Sequence record: PX880101.1
Source of the DNA: a phage
Strand: one strand, 5' to 3'
DNA length: 64,000 bases
Under the pieces are notes generated by a model. It had not been told where the DNA came from. It saw only the letters and a program-made list of their open reading frames with translations, and did not search any database. Positions 56,870 to 64,000 of this stretch are shown here, in pieces. Made by a program: the position numbers and the translations under genes. How positions within the stretch are numbered: position 1 is the stretch's first letter; each line of letters starts with the position of its first letter.

Positions 56870-57424
56870 ATGAAATACTTTGTAACAAGCGACACACACT
56901 TTCTCCACCAGCGGGTCATGGAGTTTGATTCATGTCAAAAACACAGATCTCAGTATGATCACAATCTTGACAGTATGAATGCGGGAATCATCGCCGAATG
57001 GAACTCTGTTGTGTCACCTGCAGACACTGTGTTCCACTTGGGAGATATTGCGTGCACTAATGATAAGAATATCAACAACTTACTTCCAGATATTCTAAAT
57101 ATGTTGAACGGACATATTATTCTTGTTCGTGGCAACCATGACACAAGGACGACTGTCAGAATTATGAAAGAGTTCGGTCATGAGGTTGTAGATTATTACG
57201 AGCTTCGCCACAACAAGAATTTGATCTGTATGAGCCATTACCAATTTGCAAAGTGGAACAGAAAGCCTCACGGATCAGTCCAACTGTTCGGTCATGCTCA
57301 CGGAACCACACAACAGTTGTTTGGCAGGCAGCTTGATGTCGGTTGGGATGTGTGGGGGAGACTCTTACCATTAGAAGAGGCATACCGTATTGCAATGAGT
57401 TTTGCTATTGACAGCGGGGAGTAA
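56870..57424 (+). CDS. calcineurin-like metallophosphoesterase
   Basis: SDTHF, GDIA and GNHD motifs; start set at MKYFVTSDTHF rather than the upstream in-frame M inside the kinase gene. Confidence 0.6.
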   Translation: MKYFVTSDTHFLHQRVMEFDSCQKHRSQYDHNLDSMNAGIIAEWNSVVSPADTVFHLGDIACTNDKNINNLLPDILNMLNGHIILVRGNHDTRTTVRIMKEFGHEVVDYYELRHNKNLICMSHYQFAKWNRKPHGSVQLFGHAHGTTQQLFGRQLDVGWDVWGRLLPLEEAYRIAMSFAIDSGE

Positions 57425-57471
57425 TCCCTGCTATTTTAAAGAAAATTGCCACACAAGGAGAATCAGGAGAT

Positions 57472-57822
57472 ATGAAAGATGGGGATAAGCTGCTATATCT
57501 TAAAGTCCCCCTTGAAATACTGTCTATGTCAAAAGTTTTGAATGACACAACTGGAGAGGTTGTTGTTCTTGACTTGTATGACAAGATCGTATACTGCTAC
57601 CTGCACAACTGGTATAAGCTTGGAGGAAATTCACGCTTCACACCCAGCACAAGGAAAATTGCAGCAGATGTTGGGATAAAGAAAACAAAAGCAGCAGCGT
57701 GCGTTAAAACTTTAGAGTGTGCAGGGGTGGTTGAAATATCCACACAAGGGAGAGGTAAAAGATGCACATTTTCCAAAGTTTTGCCACCAGAAGAAGTTAT
57801 TCGGATGTCAACAACTGGTTAG
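57472..57822 (+). CDS. hypothetical protein, possible HTH DNA-binding
   Basis: C-terminal STRKIAADVGIKKTKAAACVKTLECAGVV resembles a helix-turn-helix; lies just upstream of the palindromic iteron array. Confidence 0.4.
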   Translation: MKDGDKLLYLKVPLEILSMSKVLNDTTGEVVVLDLYDKIVYCYLHNWYKLGGNSRFTPSTRKIAADVGIKKTKAAACVKTLECAGVVEISTQGRGKRCTFSKVLPPEEVIRMSTTG

Positions 57823-57896
57823 ACCAGTAAAAACTTAAATATCTGTACTATAAGGATTCGTATGTTTTATGTTCGCTCTAGAATAGAGGTCAGTAA

Positions 57897-57979
57897 CTGT
57901 CCGTGATACGGACACTACTGTCCGTCACGCGGACACATCTGCCCGTAATACGGACACTAACTGTCCGTGATACGGACAC
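57897..57979. repeat. four tandem ~19 bp units each containing inverted repeat GTCCGT-N-ACGGAC, ~21 bp period
   Basis: ctgtccgtgatacggacac at 57897, 57918 (variant), 57938 (variant), 57961. Confidence 0.7.
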
Positions 57980-58120
57980 ATAAAGAATATAACTAAAATA
58001 ACTAAATAATAAAAAAATAAAAGATCTAGTACTTATGGTACTAAAGTACATATACTTAACTTATGTAGAATATACCAGATCCTAAGTACCATGTTTTAAA
58101 TTTATTACTTACTATAGGTA

Positions 58121-58370
58121 GTGTCGGCCCTTCATTGGCACTCGCCTACGAGGGGCGAGATGCCGGGCCTCCATAGTGCACACATGCAGGTCTGTTAACA
58201 TGTGTGGGAGCGAAGCGATAGAGCAGGCCAAAGGCCGAGCACTAATGTGGACCACCGACGAAAGCTTGCCAGCGCCGTAAGGAGTCGGTTGAGAGCCTCC
58301 CGCGCGAGTTTGGATAAAGTTTATGTGTGGAAACGGACAATGAGGCCCCTAAATCGCTCCACAGCCATAT
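58121..58370 (+). other. GC-rich ORF-free island, candidate structured non-coding RNA
   Basis: Sharp GC-rich island without a long ORF between an AT-rich stretch and gene 58467; several local inverted repeats. Confidence 0.3.
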
Positions 58371-58466
58371 AAACTATACCAAGTAAGGCAATCGCACCAG
58401 TTCGATAGAAAAGCTCGTTACAAAGCGATACAGTGAGTTTTTCTATAACTTGAAGAGGAGGCAGCT

Positions 58467-59045
58467 ATGAGTCCACGCAAAGATGACCGTGAAAAGATTG
58501 CAAAACGTTATCAGAATGAAGAACAGATGGAGAAAACTTTCAAGTGGAAGCCAGGTTTCCAGCGTAATCATTCTAACGCTCGTGATCGTAAGCATCCGGA
58601 TAAGTGGCTAACACCGCCAAATGATGGCATACAGGTTGGTAATGAGAAGGAGCTGTCACCAGGAAAAGATGGCAACTACATTCGCACTAAGGAAGCAGGT
58701 CCAAAGGATGACAGCTATCTTGTAGATAAGGTTCTTGATGGTATTGATGTAGATGTTGACACTTCACGAAACCTTTTTCTTGGTTGGTATCGTACAGGGT
58801 TTTTCGACATCAAGGCTATTCGTCGTGTTTGTGATATTAAAAAGTCTGCCTATGATGATGACTCTCTACATCGCACTCTGAGACAATACTCAGAGAGATA
58901 CGGTCATCCAGTTATCACTCTTGACGATATTAACGAAGTGATGTATCATGCAGAGGTTGTTGCAGGTAGATTCGGTGATGCATATCTCGGTATTCTTTCT
59001 GCAAAAGATGAGGTAATGTTAAATAAAATTTACTATGAACGCTGA
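58467..59045 (+). CDS. hypothetical protein
   Basis: ORF with gaggagg RBS. Confidence 0.5.
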   Translation: MSPRKDDREKIAKRYQNEEQMEKTFKWKPGFQRNHSNARDRKHPDKWLTPPNDGIQVGNEKELSPGKDGNYIRTKEAGPKDDSYLVDKVLDGIDVDVDTSRNLFLGWYRTGFFDIKAIRRVCDIKKSAYDDDSLHRTLRQYSERYGHPVITLDDINEVMYHAEVVAGRFGDAYLGILSAKDEVMLNKIYYER

Positions 59046-59244
59046 GGGGCGCTTAATGAACAACCCGGTAGCAAAGAACTGTAATAAGTTCAACAAGTCT
59101 GCAATTCACACTGACAGGAAAAAGAGCTGGTCTCCTGACATTGACGAGGAGCTTGAGAGTTACTTTGAAGACCTGGTCACCAATGCAGATGAGGTTGCGA
59201 TTAAAGAATACGCAGACAGGAAGGATAAGGCCGGAATCTGTTGA
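59035..59244 (+). CDS. hypothetical small protein
   Basis: ORF; start uncertain. Confidence 0.35.
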   Translation: MNAEGRLMNNPVAKNCNKFNKSAIHTDRKKSWSPDIDEELESYFEDLVTNADEVAIKEYADRKDKAGIC

Positions 59245-59320
59245 CAAAAATAGTGTTACCTGATAAGATCTGCAATATGATGTGATGCAATTTTAACTTA
59301 CGAGGTCTACAGGTAATGCT

Positions 59321-59563
59321 ATGTTTAAGGTTAAGCTCGTTTTTCGTTCCATGAATGAGGATTATTTAGAAGATGAAGGTGAATTTCGTGCACTGGATGA
59401 TGCAATAGATTTTGCCAACGACTTAGCTTGTATGAATACAGGTTATGGGCTATGTTGTTGGGATGGTGGTGTTCAGATCGGTGATAGCAAGATCTTCTAC
59501 TTCTACCCTGAGCCTGATAACAAACAAATTAAGTATGTTTTATTTATTTGTGCTTTACAATGA
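59321..59563 (+). CDS. hypothetical protein
   Basis: ORF with TTGACA...-10 promoter-like sequence upstream. Confidence 0.45.
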   Translation: MFKVKLVFRSMNEDYLEDEGEFRALDDAIDFANDLACMNTGYGLCCWDGGVQIGDSKIFYFYPEPDNKQIKYVLFICALQ

Positions 59564-59852
59564 GGTTGTTTTCGTGTATCATGATGAATATCCAATTTAA
59601 AGATGAATTTGATGGCTTTATCTCTGGATGCTTTGAAACAGGGTTCAGAGAAGACTGAGTTCCCCTTAGAGGGCTTGATAGTGCACCACACTTAAAATGG
59701 TAGGGGCAGCCAGCACATGACGATGTGACCCCAGCCAACCTGTAACAAGGTCGAGCCGAAGCGCGGGTAATAGGCCTCTGGTAACCCACTTGTTGGGTCT
59801 TGCTGGTCCAGGACGCTGGACAAGTCGCAGGGAATACCACCCTGCGGCGAAC

Positions 59853-59881
59853 TTGACAATCAGTATTTGCTATGATAAAAT
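59853..59881 (+). promoter_or_regulatory. sigma70-like promoter (TTGACA-N17-TAAAAT)
   Basis: Hexamers upstream of ORF 59910. Confidence 0.5.
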
Positions 59882-59909
59882 CCACCTATCACGTGATAAT
59901 GGAGGAAAC

Positions 59910-60248
59910 ATGGCGGATACAACTAAAAAGCGTCGCCGTAGAGGCAGACCTCTGAAAGAGGAGTCCAACGCCATTCAGCTAGAGAAGAACATCCTTGATA
60001 TGAAGGAATCTTTTATAGCGATGGTTCCAGAAGCTCACAAAGTTTTAAGAGAGCTGATGTTGGACCCGAAAACCAAACAAAATATTCGTCAAAGCATTGC
60101 AGAGTATGTTCTTGATAAGGCAGACCGAATGCAGGAAGAATATGATGAGATGTTTGGTGAAGAGGAAGAGGTGGTAGTGGAAGAGGCTGAAAAACCAGCA
60201 CCTTTTATGCCATTTACTACAGAAATACAGCCTGTTAGCAATAGCTAA
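59910..60248 (+). CDS. small DNA-binding-like protein (RRRRGRP N-terminus, acidic C-terminus); possibly terminase small subunit
   Basis: ATG after ggagga RBS; KKRRRRGRPLKEE; the ORF-track start further upstream lacks an RBS. Confidence 0.4.
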   Translation: MADTTKKRRRRGRPLKEESNAIQLEKNILDMKESFIAMVPEAHKVLRELMLDPKTKQNIRQSIAEYVLDKADRMQEEYDEMFGEEEEVVVEEAEKPAPFMPFTTEIQPVSNS

Positions 60249-60257
60249 AATATTTTC

Positions 60258-60286
60258 TTGACAAACTTTGCTTAACAGTGTAATAT
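60258..60286 (+). promoter_or_regulatory. sigma70-like promoter (TTGACA-N17-TAATAT) for the tRNA cluster
   Basis: Consensus hexamers ~60 bp upstream of the first tRNA. Confidence 0.55.
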
Positions 60287-60344
60287 TGTAAACATGGTCT
60301 CCCACCTTTTCTGGCGGCTAAGGTGTAAAAGAAAGCCACCCAGT

Positions 60345-60419
60345 GCCCTGTTAGCTTAGTGGATAAAGCAGCGGCCTTCTAAGCCGTTGACACTGGTTCG
60401 AGTCCAGTACGGGGTGCCA
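60345..60419 (+). tRNA. tRNA-Arg (anticodon TCT)
   Basis: Hand-folded cloverleaf: acceptor GCCCTGT/ACGGGGT with G-U pairs, loop CTTCTAA, T-loop TTCGAGT, encoded CCA. Confidence 0.75.
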
Positions 60420-60423
60420 AATT

Positions 60424-60510
60424 GGGGAGTTATCCCGTAGAGGTAGCGGTGTAGACTGTAAATCTATTGTCATTGCGACTCGGGTGGTTCGACTCCACCA
60501 CTCCCCACCA
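60424..60510 (+). tRNA. tRNA-Tyr (anticodon GTA)
   Basis: Acceptor GGGGAGT/ACTCCCC, loop CTGTAAA, long variable arm, T-loop TTCGACT, CCA. Confidence 0.8.
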
Positions 60511-60624
60511 AATTTATATTTTTAGATGCATAAATAATACAGATAATGGCATTGATATTTATCGTCGTTTATACTAGTCACTAACTGCTCGAAAATCAGT
60601 GTCATTATCAGTATAATTTATAAA

Positions 60625-60715
60625 GGAGGGTAGGGAGCAATGGTGCTCAAGCGGTCTTGAAAACCGTCCCGTTGGGTATGACTCGATGATGGTTCGATTC
60701 CATTACTCTCCGCCA
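60625..60715 (+). tRNA. tRNA-Ser (anticodon TGA)
   Basis: Acceptor GGAGGGT/ACTCTCC, loop CTTGAAA, long variable arm, T-loop TTCGATT, CCA. Confidence 0.7.
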
Positions 60716-60813
60716 CATTGTTGACCTTGTAATTAAGCGAAAGCCGGAAGCAGAACCGGATTATCAAATGTTACAGTCGTCATCGCCGACTAGCAACATG
60801 GTCAACATACTGA

Positions 60814-60912
60814 GCTAGGTAAGCCCTTTGGCAAGGGCGAGGATTTTTAATCCTGAAAATAGACGAGGTAGTAGTTGAATACATAGGTGGTTCGATTCCA
60901 TCACCTAGCACC
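60814..60912 (+). tRNA. aberrant tRNA-like element (possible Lys-TTT loop) with ~29 nt insertion before the T-arm
   Basis: Perfect acceptor GCTAGGT/ACCTAGC, D-arm GCCC-TTTGGCAA-GGGC, T-loop GGTTCGATTCC, but oversized variable region and imperfect anticodon stem; no encoded CCA. Confidence 0.35.
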
Positions 60913-60917
60913 TTTTT

Positions 60918-60993
60918 GCTGATGTAGCACAATCGGTAGTGCAATTGATTTGTAATCAATAGGTTGTAGGTTCAAGTCCTGCCATCAGCACCA
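60918..60993 (+). tRNA. tRNA-Thr (anticodon TGT)
   Basis: Acceptor GCTGATG/CATCAGC, D-arm GCAC/GTGC, loop TTTGTAA, T-loop TTCAAGT, CCA. Confidence 0.8.
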
Positions 60994-60994
60994 A

Positions 60995-61069
60995 GGCCCT
61001 GTAGCTGGAAGGTTCAAGCAAGCGACTCATAATCGCCAGACGGTGGTTCAATTCCACCCAGGGCCACCA
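60995..61069 (+). tRNA. tRNA-Met (anticodon CAT; could be Ile-lysidine type)
   Basis: Acceptor GGCCCTG/CAGGGCC, loop CTCATAA, T-loop TTCAATT, CCA; no initiator-type features. Confidence 0.7.
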
Positions 61070-61080
61070 AATAATAAATA

Positions 61081-61157
61081 CTCCGCGTAGCTCAGCTTGG
61101 TAGAGCGCCTGATTTGGGATCAGGAGGTCGAGTGTTCGAATCACTCCGTGGAGACCA
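61081..61157 (+). tRNA. tRNA-Pro (anticodon TGG)
   Basis: Acceptor CTCCGCG/CGTGGAG (C1:G72), D-arm GCTC/GAGC, loop TTTGGGA, T-loop TTCGAAT, CCA. Confidence 0.75.
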
Positions 61158-61205
61158 CTTTCAGTTATACTTTAAACATATATATAAACAAAAGGAACCT
61201 TTAAA

Positions 61206-61475
61206 ATGTATACACTTAAAATTGTAGAGCGTGTAAATCCAACCCATACCGTAGATTTTCGTGACGATTTCAATCCTCTGGCTGTAAATCTTCGAGAGTC
61301 ATATCATGAACTCAGCTGCGATGCAGTGGTGGTCTTTTTTGAAGACAACTCTGAAGGGGCGGTAGCTTGTGTTGTTGATAGTGAGCAGAAGTTTTATATT
61401 TACAGAGATGTAGATGCATACTTGATGAATGAAAACGCAGTTACTGTTAGAATCATCCACCGAGTGCCTCGATAA
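61206..61475 (+). CDS. hypothetical protein
   Basis: ORF with aaggaa RBS just after the tRNA cluster. Confidence 0.45.
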   Translation: MYTLKIVERVNPTHTVDFRDDFNPLAVNLRESYHELSCDAVVVFFEDNSEGAVACVVDSEQKFYIYRDVDAYLMNENAVTVRIIHRVPR

Positions 61476-61580
61476 GTATTAGTCTCCTTTTAGTTAGTTT
61501 CGATCTATTTAGGTTACTCAATTTTAACCCGCCCCGTTAGCTGTATAGCTGCGGGGTTTTTTCGTTTCTGGAGCCTTAAA

Positions 61581-61979
61581 ATGATTTCAGGTTTAACATG
61601 GCTGAGTAGGTATAGAGGGATCATAAAAGGTTTAGTTTTTGCAGCGGCTATAGGTACAGCTTATCTTGGGGCCGTGTATTGGTTTAACTCTAAGCTTAAT
61701 GAAGCCTACCAAGAAGGTGTGTTAGCAACAGAGTTGAAGTGGGAACGGATCCTTGATCAGCAACAAAAGCAGGCCGACAAAATTAAAATGGGCCACGCAG
61801 AGGAGGTTAAAAACCTTGAAAAATCCCTTTCTGATCTACAGGATAAATTAAATATAGCTGAGAGGGCAGGTAGAGAAAAGCAGATTATCTACCTCCAATC
61901 ACCTGAAGGTAAGAAGTCAACACTTCCTGATCAGCTTATAGATATTTATAATGAGAGTATCAATCAGGAGGATCGATGA
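61581..61979 (+). CDS. putative i-spanin (Rz-like)
   Basis: N-terminal TM segment GLVFAAAIGTAYLGAVYWF followed by charged coiled-coil; next gene is a Pro-rich lipoprotein. Confidence 0.5.
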   Translation: MISGLTWLSRYRGIIKGLVFAAAIGTAYLGAVYWFNSKLNEAYQEGVLATELKWERILDQQQKQADKIKMGHAEEVKNLEKSLSDLQDKLNIAERAGREKQIIYLQSPEGKKSTLPDQLIDIYNESINQEDR

Positions 61980-62263
61980 GAGTTGCCACACTGTTTATTG
62001 CGTGCTTGTTATTATGTGGGTGTGCAACCAGCGTTGAGAGAGAATACAAGATTGACCCTCCGGATGTAGGAAGGTTGATTGTTAAACCCCCAGAAGGTGC
62101 CATGAAACCACCTGCTAAAGCTATGCCTTTGAAGAAAGGTGCGCCAGATGCAGTGAATTCTGGCATTATGAGGGATAATAATCTGTCTTGTAGCAATGAT
62201 AGAGCTAAATTGATCATTTTGCAAGACTATATTAGAACACTGTTTCCAAAGGAGAGAGGTTAA
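61976..62263 (+). CDS. putative o-spanin (Rz1-like outer-membrane lipoprotein)
   Basis: Signal peptide with lipobox-like LLCGC, proline-rich mature part; start overlaps upstream stop. Confidence 0.5.
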   Translation: MRVATLFIACLLLCGCATSVEREYKIDPPDVGRLIVKPPEGAMKPPAKAMPLKKGAPDAVNSGIMRDNNLSCSNDRAKLIILQDYIRTLFPKERG

Positions 62264-63810
62264 TGTCTAAGATTTACGGACCGTGTTCTGAAAAGCAGAA
62301 GATGATCCTCGAAAACGATGCAGATATCTTGGTAATCGGCGGTGCCGCAGGGTCTGGCAAGTCGTTCCTCTTGCAGTTGATGCCACTTAAAATTATTGAT
62401 GACCCCCACAGCTCTGTGGTTATGTTCCGAAGAACAACCCCACAGTTGGAAGGTGAGGGTGGACTATGGCCTAAAGCAGTAGCTATTTATAGTGATCTGC
62501 CTGAAAACATTAAGCCAAAGTTCAGAGAGAAGGATCATAAGTTCATTTTTCCACGGTTTGATCCGAACACTGGTAAGTGGGATAGAAGCAAAAAGGGAGC
62601 TGTTGTAAAATACTGCCATATGGAGTATGTGCAAGATAAGCTTAACCATCAGGGGCTTGAGTACACCATGGTTTGCTTCGATGAGGGCACGCAGTTCGAA
62701 TGGGAGCAGATAGACTACCTGATGTCTCGTCTGCGATCTCAGTCAAAGTATCCATCAAGAATGGTTATCAGCTGTAACCCCGATTCAGAACACATGCTTG
62801 CCAAACTGGTTAGATGGTGGTTGGACGATGAAGGGTATCCAGATCCGGAGAAATGCGGTAAGAAAAGATATTTTATCCGACGCGACGGGGAATTTATCTG
62901 GGGAGATTCTAAAGAAGAGTTGATAGAGAAATACACCACGGTTAACGGACTTGGTGTAGAGATCAAGCCAAGACCGTTGTCATTCTCGTTCATAGGCGCA
63001 ACAATATTCGATAATCCTGTCTGTTTGAGAGACAACCCAGAATACCTTGCTTTCCTCGAAGGTCTACCAGAGCTGGAAAAAGCTCAGCTTCTCCATGGTA
63101 ACTGGTTTGCAAAGCCTGAGGGTGCAAACTATTTTCAAAGATCTTTCCTTCGTGATGCCGATAGAGTACCTCTTGGGTCAGTATCTTGCAGGGCATGGGA
63201 TAAGGCAGGAACCGAGAGAACTTCCGGTAATAAATTTCCTGACTTTACTGCCAGTATTAAGGTAAGTAAAGATAGCGACGGCTTTTATTACCTGTCCGGT
63301 GATTATTGTCCTGAGAACGTGGATGACGGGAGGTATTCCACAGGTCTGGAAGGCAAGTTCTGTAAAAAGGCTGGTGAACGAGATGTGATCATCAGGAAAC
63401 AGGCGCAGTTCGATGGTGATGATTGCATAATCGTCTTCTCTGTAGACCCAGGGCAGGCAGGTAAGAGTGAGTTCTTAACCTCCTCCAGATCCTTGCTTGC
63501 CGAAGGGTTCAGGGTTGAAGAAGACCCAATGCCTTCCAACAAGTCTAAACTGACAAGGTTCTCACCTTTTGCCAATCTTGCCCAACAAGGAATGGTGAGG
63601 ATTGTAAAATCCAGTTTCCATCCTGATACTCTGGAAGCATTTCTGACTGAACTTGAAAAATTCAACGGGGAAAGATCAACATTTAACAGAAAAGACGACT
63701 GGGCCGACTGCGTAGCTTCTGCGATTAATTTCCTGGAGAAAGAGGAGGTAGCACTTCCTTGTGTGATTCCATCAATCTCATCACCTTCTATGTTCAAGCG
63801 TTTTATCTAA
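62263..63810 (+). CDS. terminase large subunit
   Basis: Walker A ILVIGGAAGSGKS, Walker B MVCFDEGTQ, C-terminal nuclease-like acidic residues, 515 aa. Confidence 0.8.
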   Translation: MSKIYGPCSEKQKMILENDADILVIGGAAGSGKSFLLQLMPLKIIDDPHSSVVMFRRTTPQLEGEGGLWPKAVAIYSDLPENIKPKFREKDHKFIFPRFDPNTGKWDRSKKGAVVKYCHMEYVQDKLNHQGLEYTMVCFDEGTQFEWEQIDYLMSRLRSQSKYPSRMVISCNPDSEHMLAKLVRWWLDDEGYPDPEKCGKKRYFIRRDGEFIWGDSKEELIEKYTTVNGLGVEIKPRPLSFSFIGATIFDNPVCLRDNPEYLAFLEGLPELEKAQLLHGNWFAKPEGANYFQRSFLRDADRVPLGSVSCRAWDKAGTERTSGNKFPDFTASIKVSKDSDGFYYLSGDYCPENVDDGRYSTGLEGKFCKKAGERDVIIRKQAQFDGDDCIIVFSVDPGQAGKSEFLTSSRSLLAEGFRVEEDPMPSNKSKLTRFSPFANLAQQGMVRIVKSSFHPDTLEAFLTELEKFNGERSTFNRKDDWADCVASAINFLEKEEVALPCVIPSISSPSMFKRFI

Positions 63811-63910
63811 GTGTTGCCAATCTTAATTAGATGTGGTACAATAAAGTAATTGGAGATACTAGCCCTCTGACGAGGGCTATTTTGTTATACTGTTTTGAGG
63901 GGTAAAGCTT

Positions 63911-64000
63911 GTGTCCAAAAAGAACCGCAGGAAACACAACGCCACAGCCAAAACTGTGAATAAATCTGGGAACGCAGGCGCACCAACTCATAATGTTCGT
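63911..64000 (+). CDS. start of downstream gene, 3'-truncated (possibly portal)
   Basis: GTG after gagggg RBS; open to window end. Confidence 0.3.
   Translation, partial: MSKKNRRKHNATAKTVNKSGNAGAPTHNVR

Noticed and set aside
57897-57979. Possible CRISPR array
   Set aside because: Only four units of about 19 bp with spacers of 1-4 bp; each unit is itself palindromic and there is no repeat-spacer periodicity of CRISPR size; interpreted as iterons or operators.
59544-59885. 113 aa minus-strand ORF
   Set aside because: Sits in a GC-rich intergenic region antisense to promoter elements; no RBS; composition-driven open frame.
60956-61144. 62 aa minus-strand ORF
   Set aside because: Overlaps tRNA-Thr, tRNA-Met and tRNA-Pro on the opposite strand; spurious.
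1-64000. Assignment to a specific known phage family (for example T5-like)
   Set aside because: T5-like traits (very strong sigma70-type early promoters, HAD deoxyribonucleotidase, FEN, large repeat-rich non-coding locus) are present, but terminase lying within 2 kb of the tRNA cluster and nucleotide-metabolism block does not match the T5 gene order as I recall it; without searches I leave the family unassigned.

Overview
This window reads as part of a virulent tailed-phage genome infecting a Gram-negative host; all calls are from reading the sequence and ORF track by eye, with no searches run. Layout: (1) 1-5276, plus-strand small genes including a macro-domain protein; (2) 5290-6250, ORF-free iteron and tandem-repeat region; (3) 6290-16980, about 30 small plus-strand genes, most with their own sigma70-like promoter and a conserved 5' leader hairpin; (4) 17000-19450, a 2.4 kb repeat-rich non-coding region where the two transcription blocks converge; (5) 19500-56330, a tightly packed minus-strand block with paralogous small-protein families, a ribosome hibernation factor homolog, two DNA methyltransferases, a ClpP-like protease, PhoH, NrdG/NrdD/glutaredoxin/NrdB/NrdA, a ThyX-like protein, nucleotidase and kinase, resolvases, a flap endonuclease, endolysin, DNA ligase, Sir2 and an RNA-ligase-like gene; (6) 56390-64000, plus-strand kinase and phosphoesterase, a palindromic iteron array, GC-rich candidate structured RNA, a cluster of six tRNAs plus one aberrant tRNA-like element, spanins and the terminase large subunit. 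No integrase, CRISPR array or rRNA was seen. The most promising candidates for something undescribed are the Sir2 plus macro-domain pair, the RNA-repair-like cassette beside the tRNA cluster, the phage-encoded hibernation factor, the paralogous small acidic protein families, and the promoter-hairpin small-gene array with its palindromic operator-like sites.
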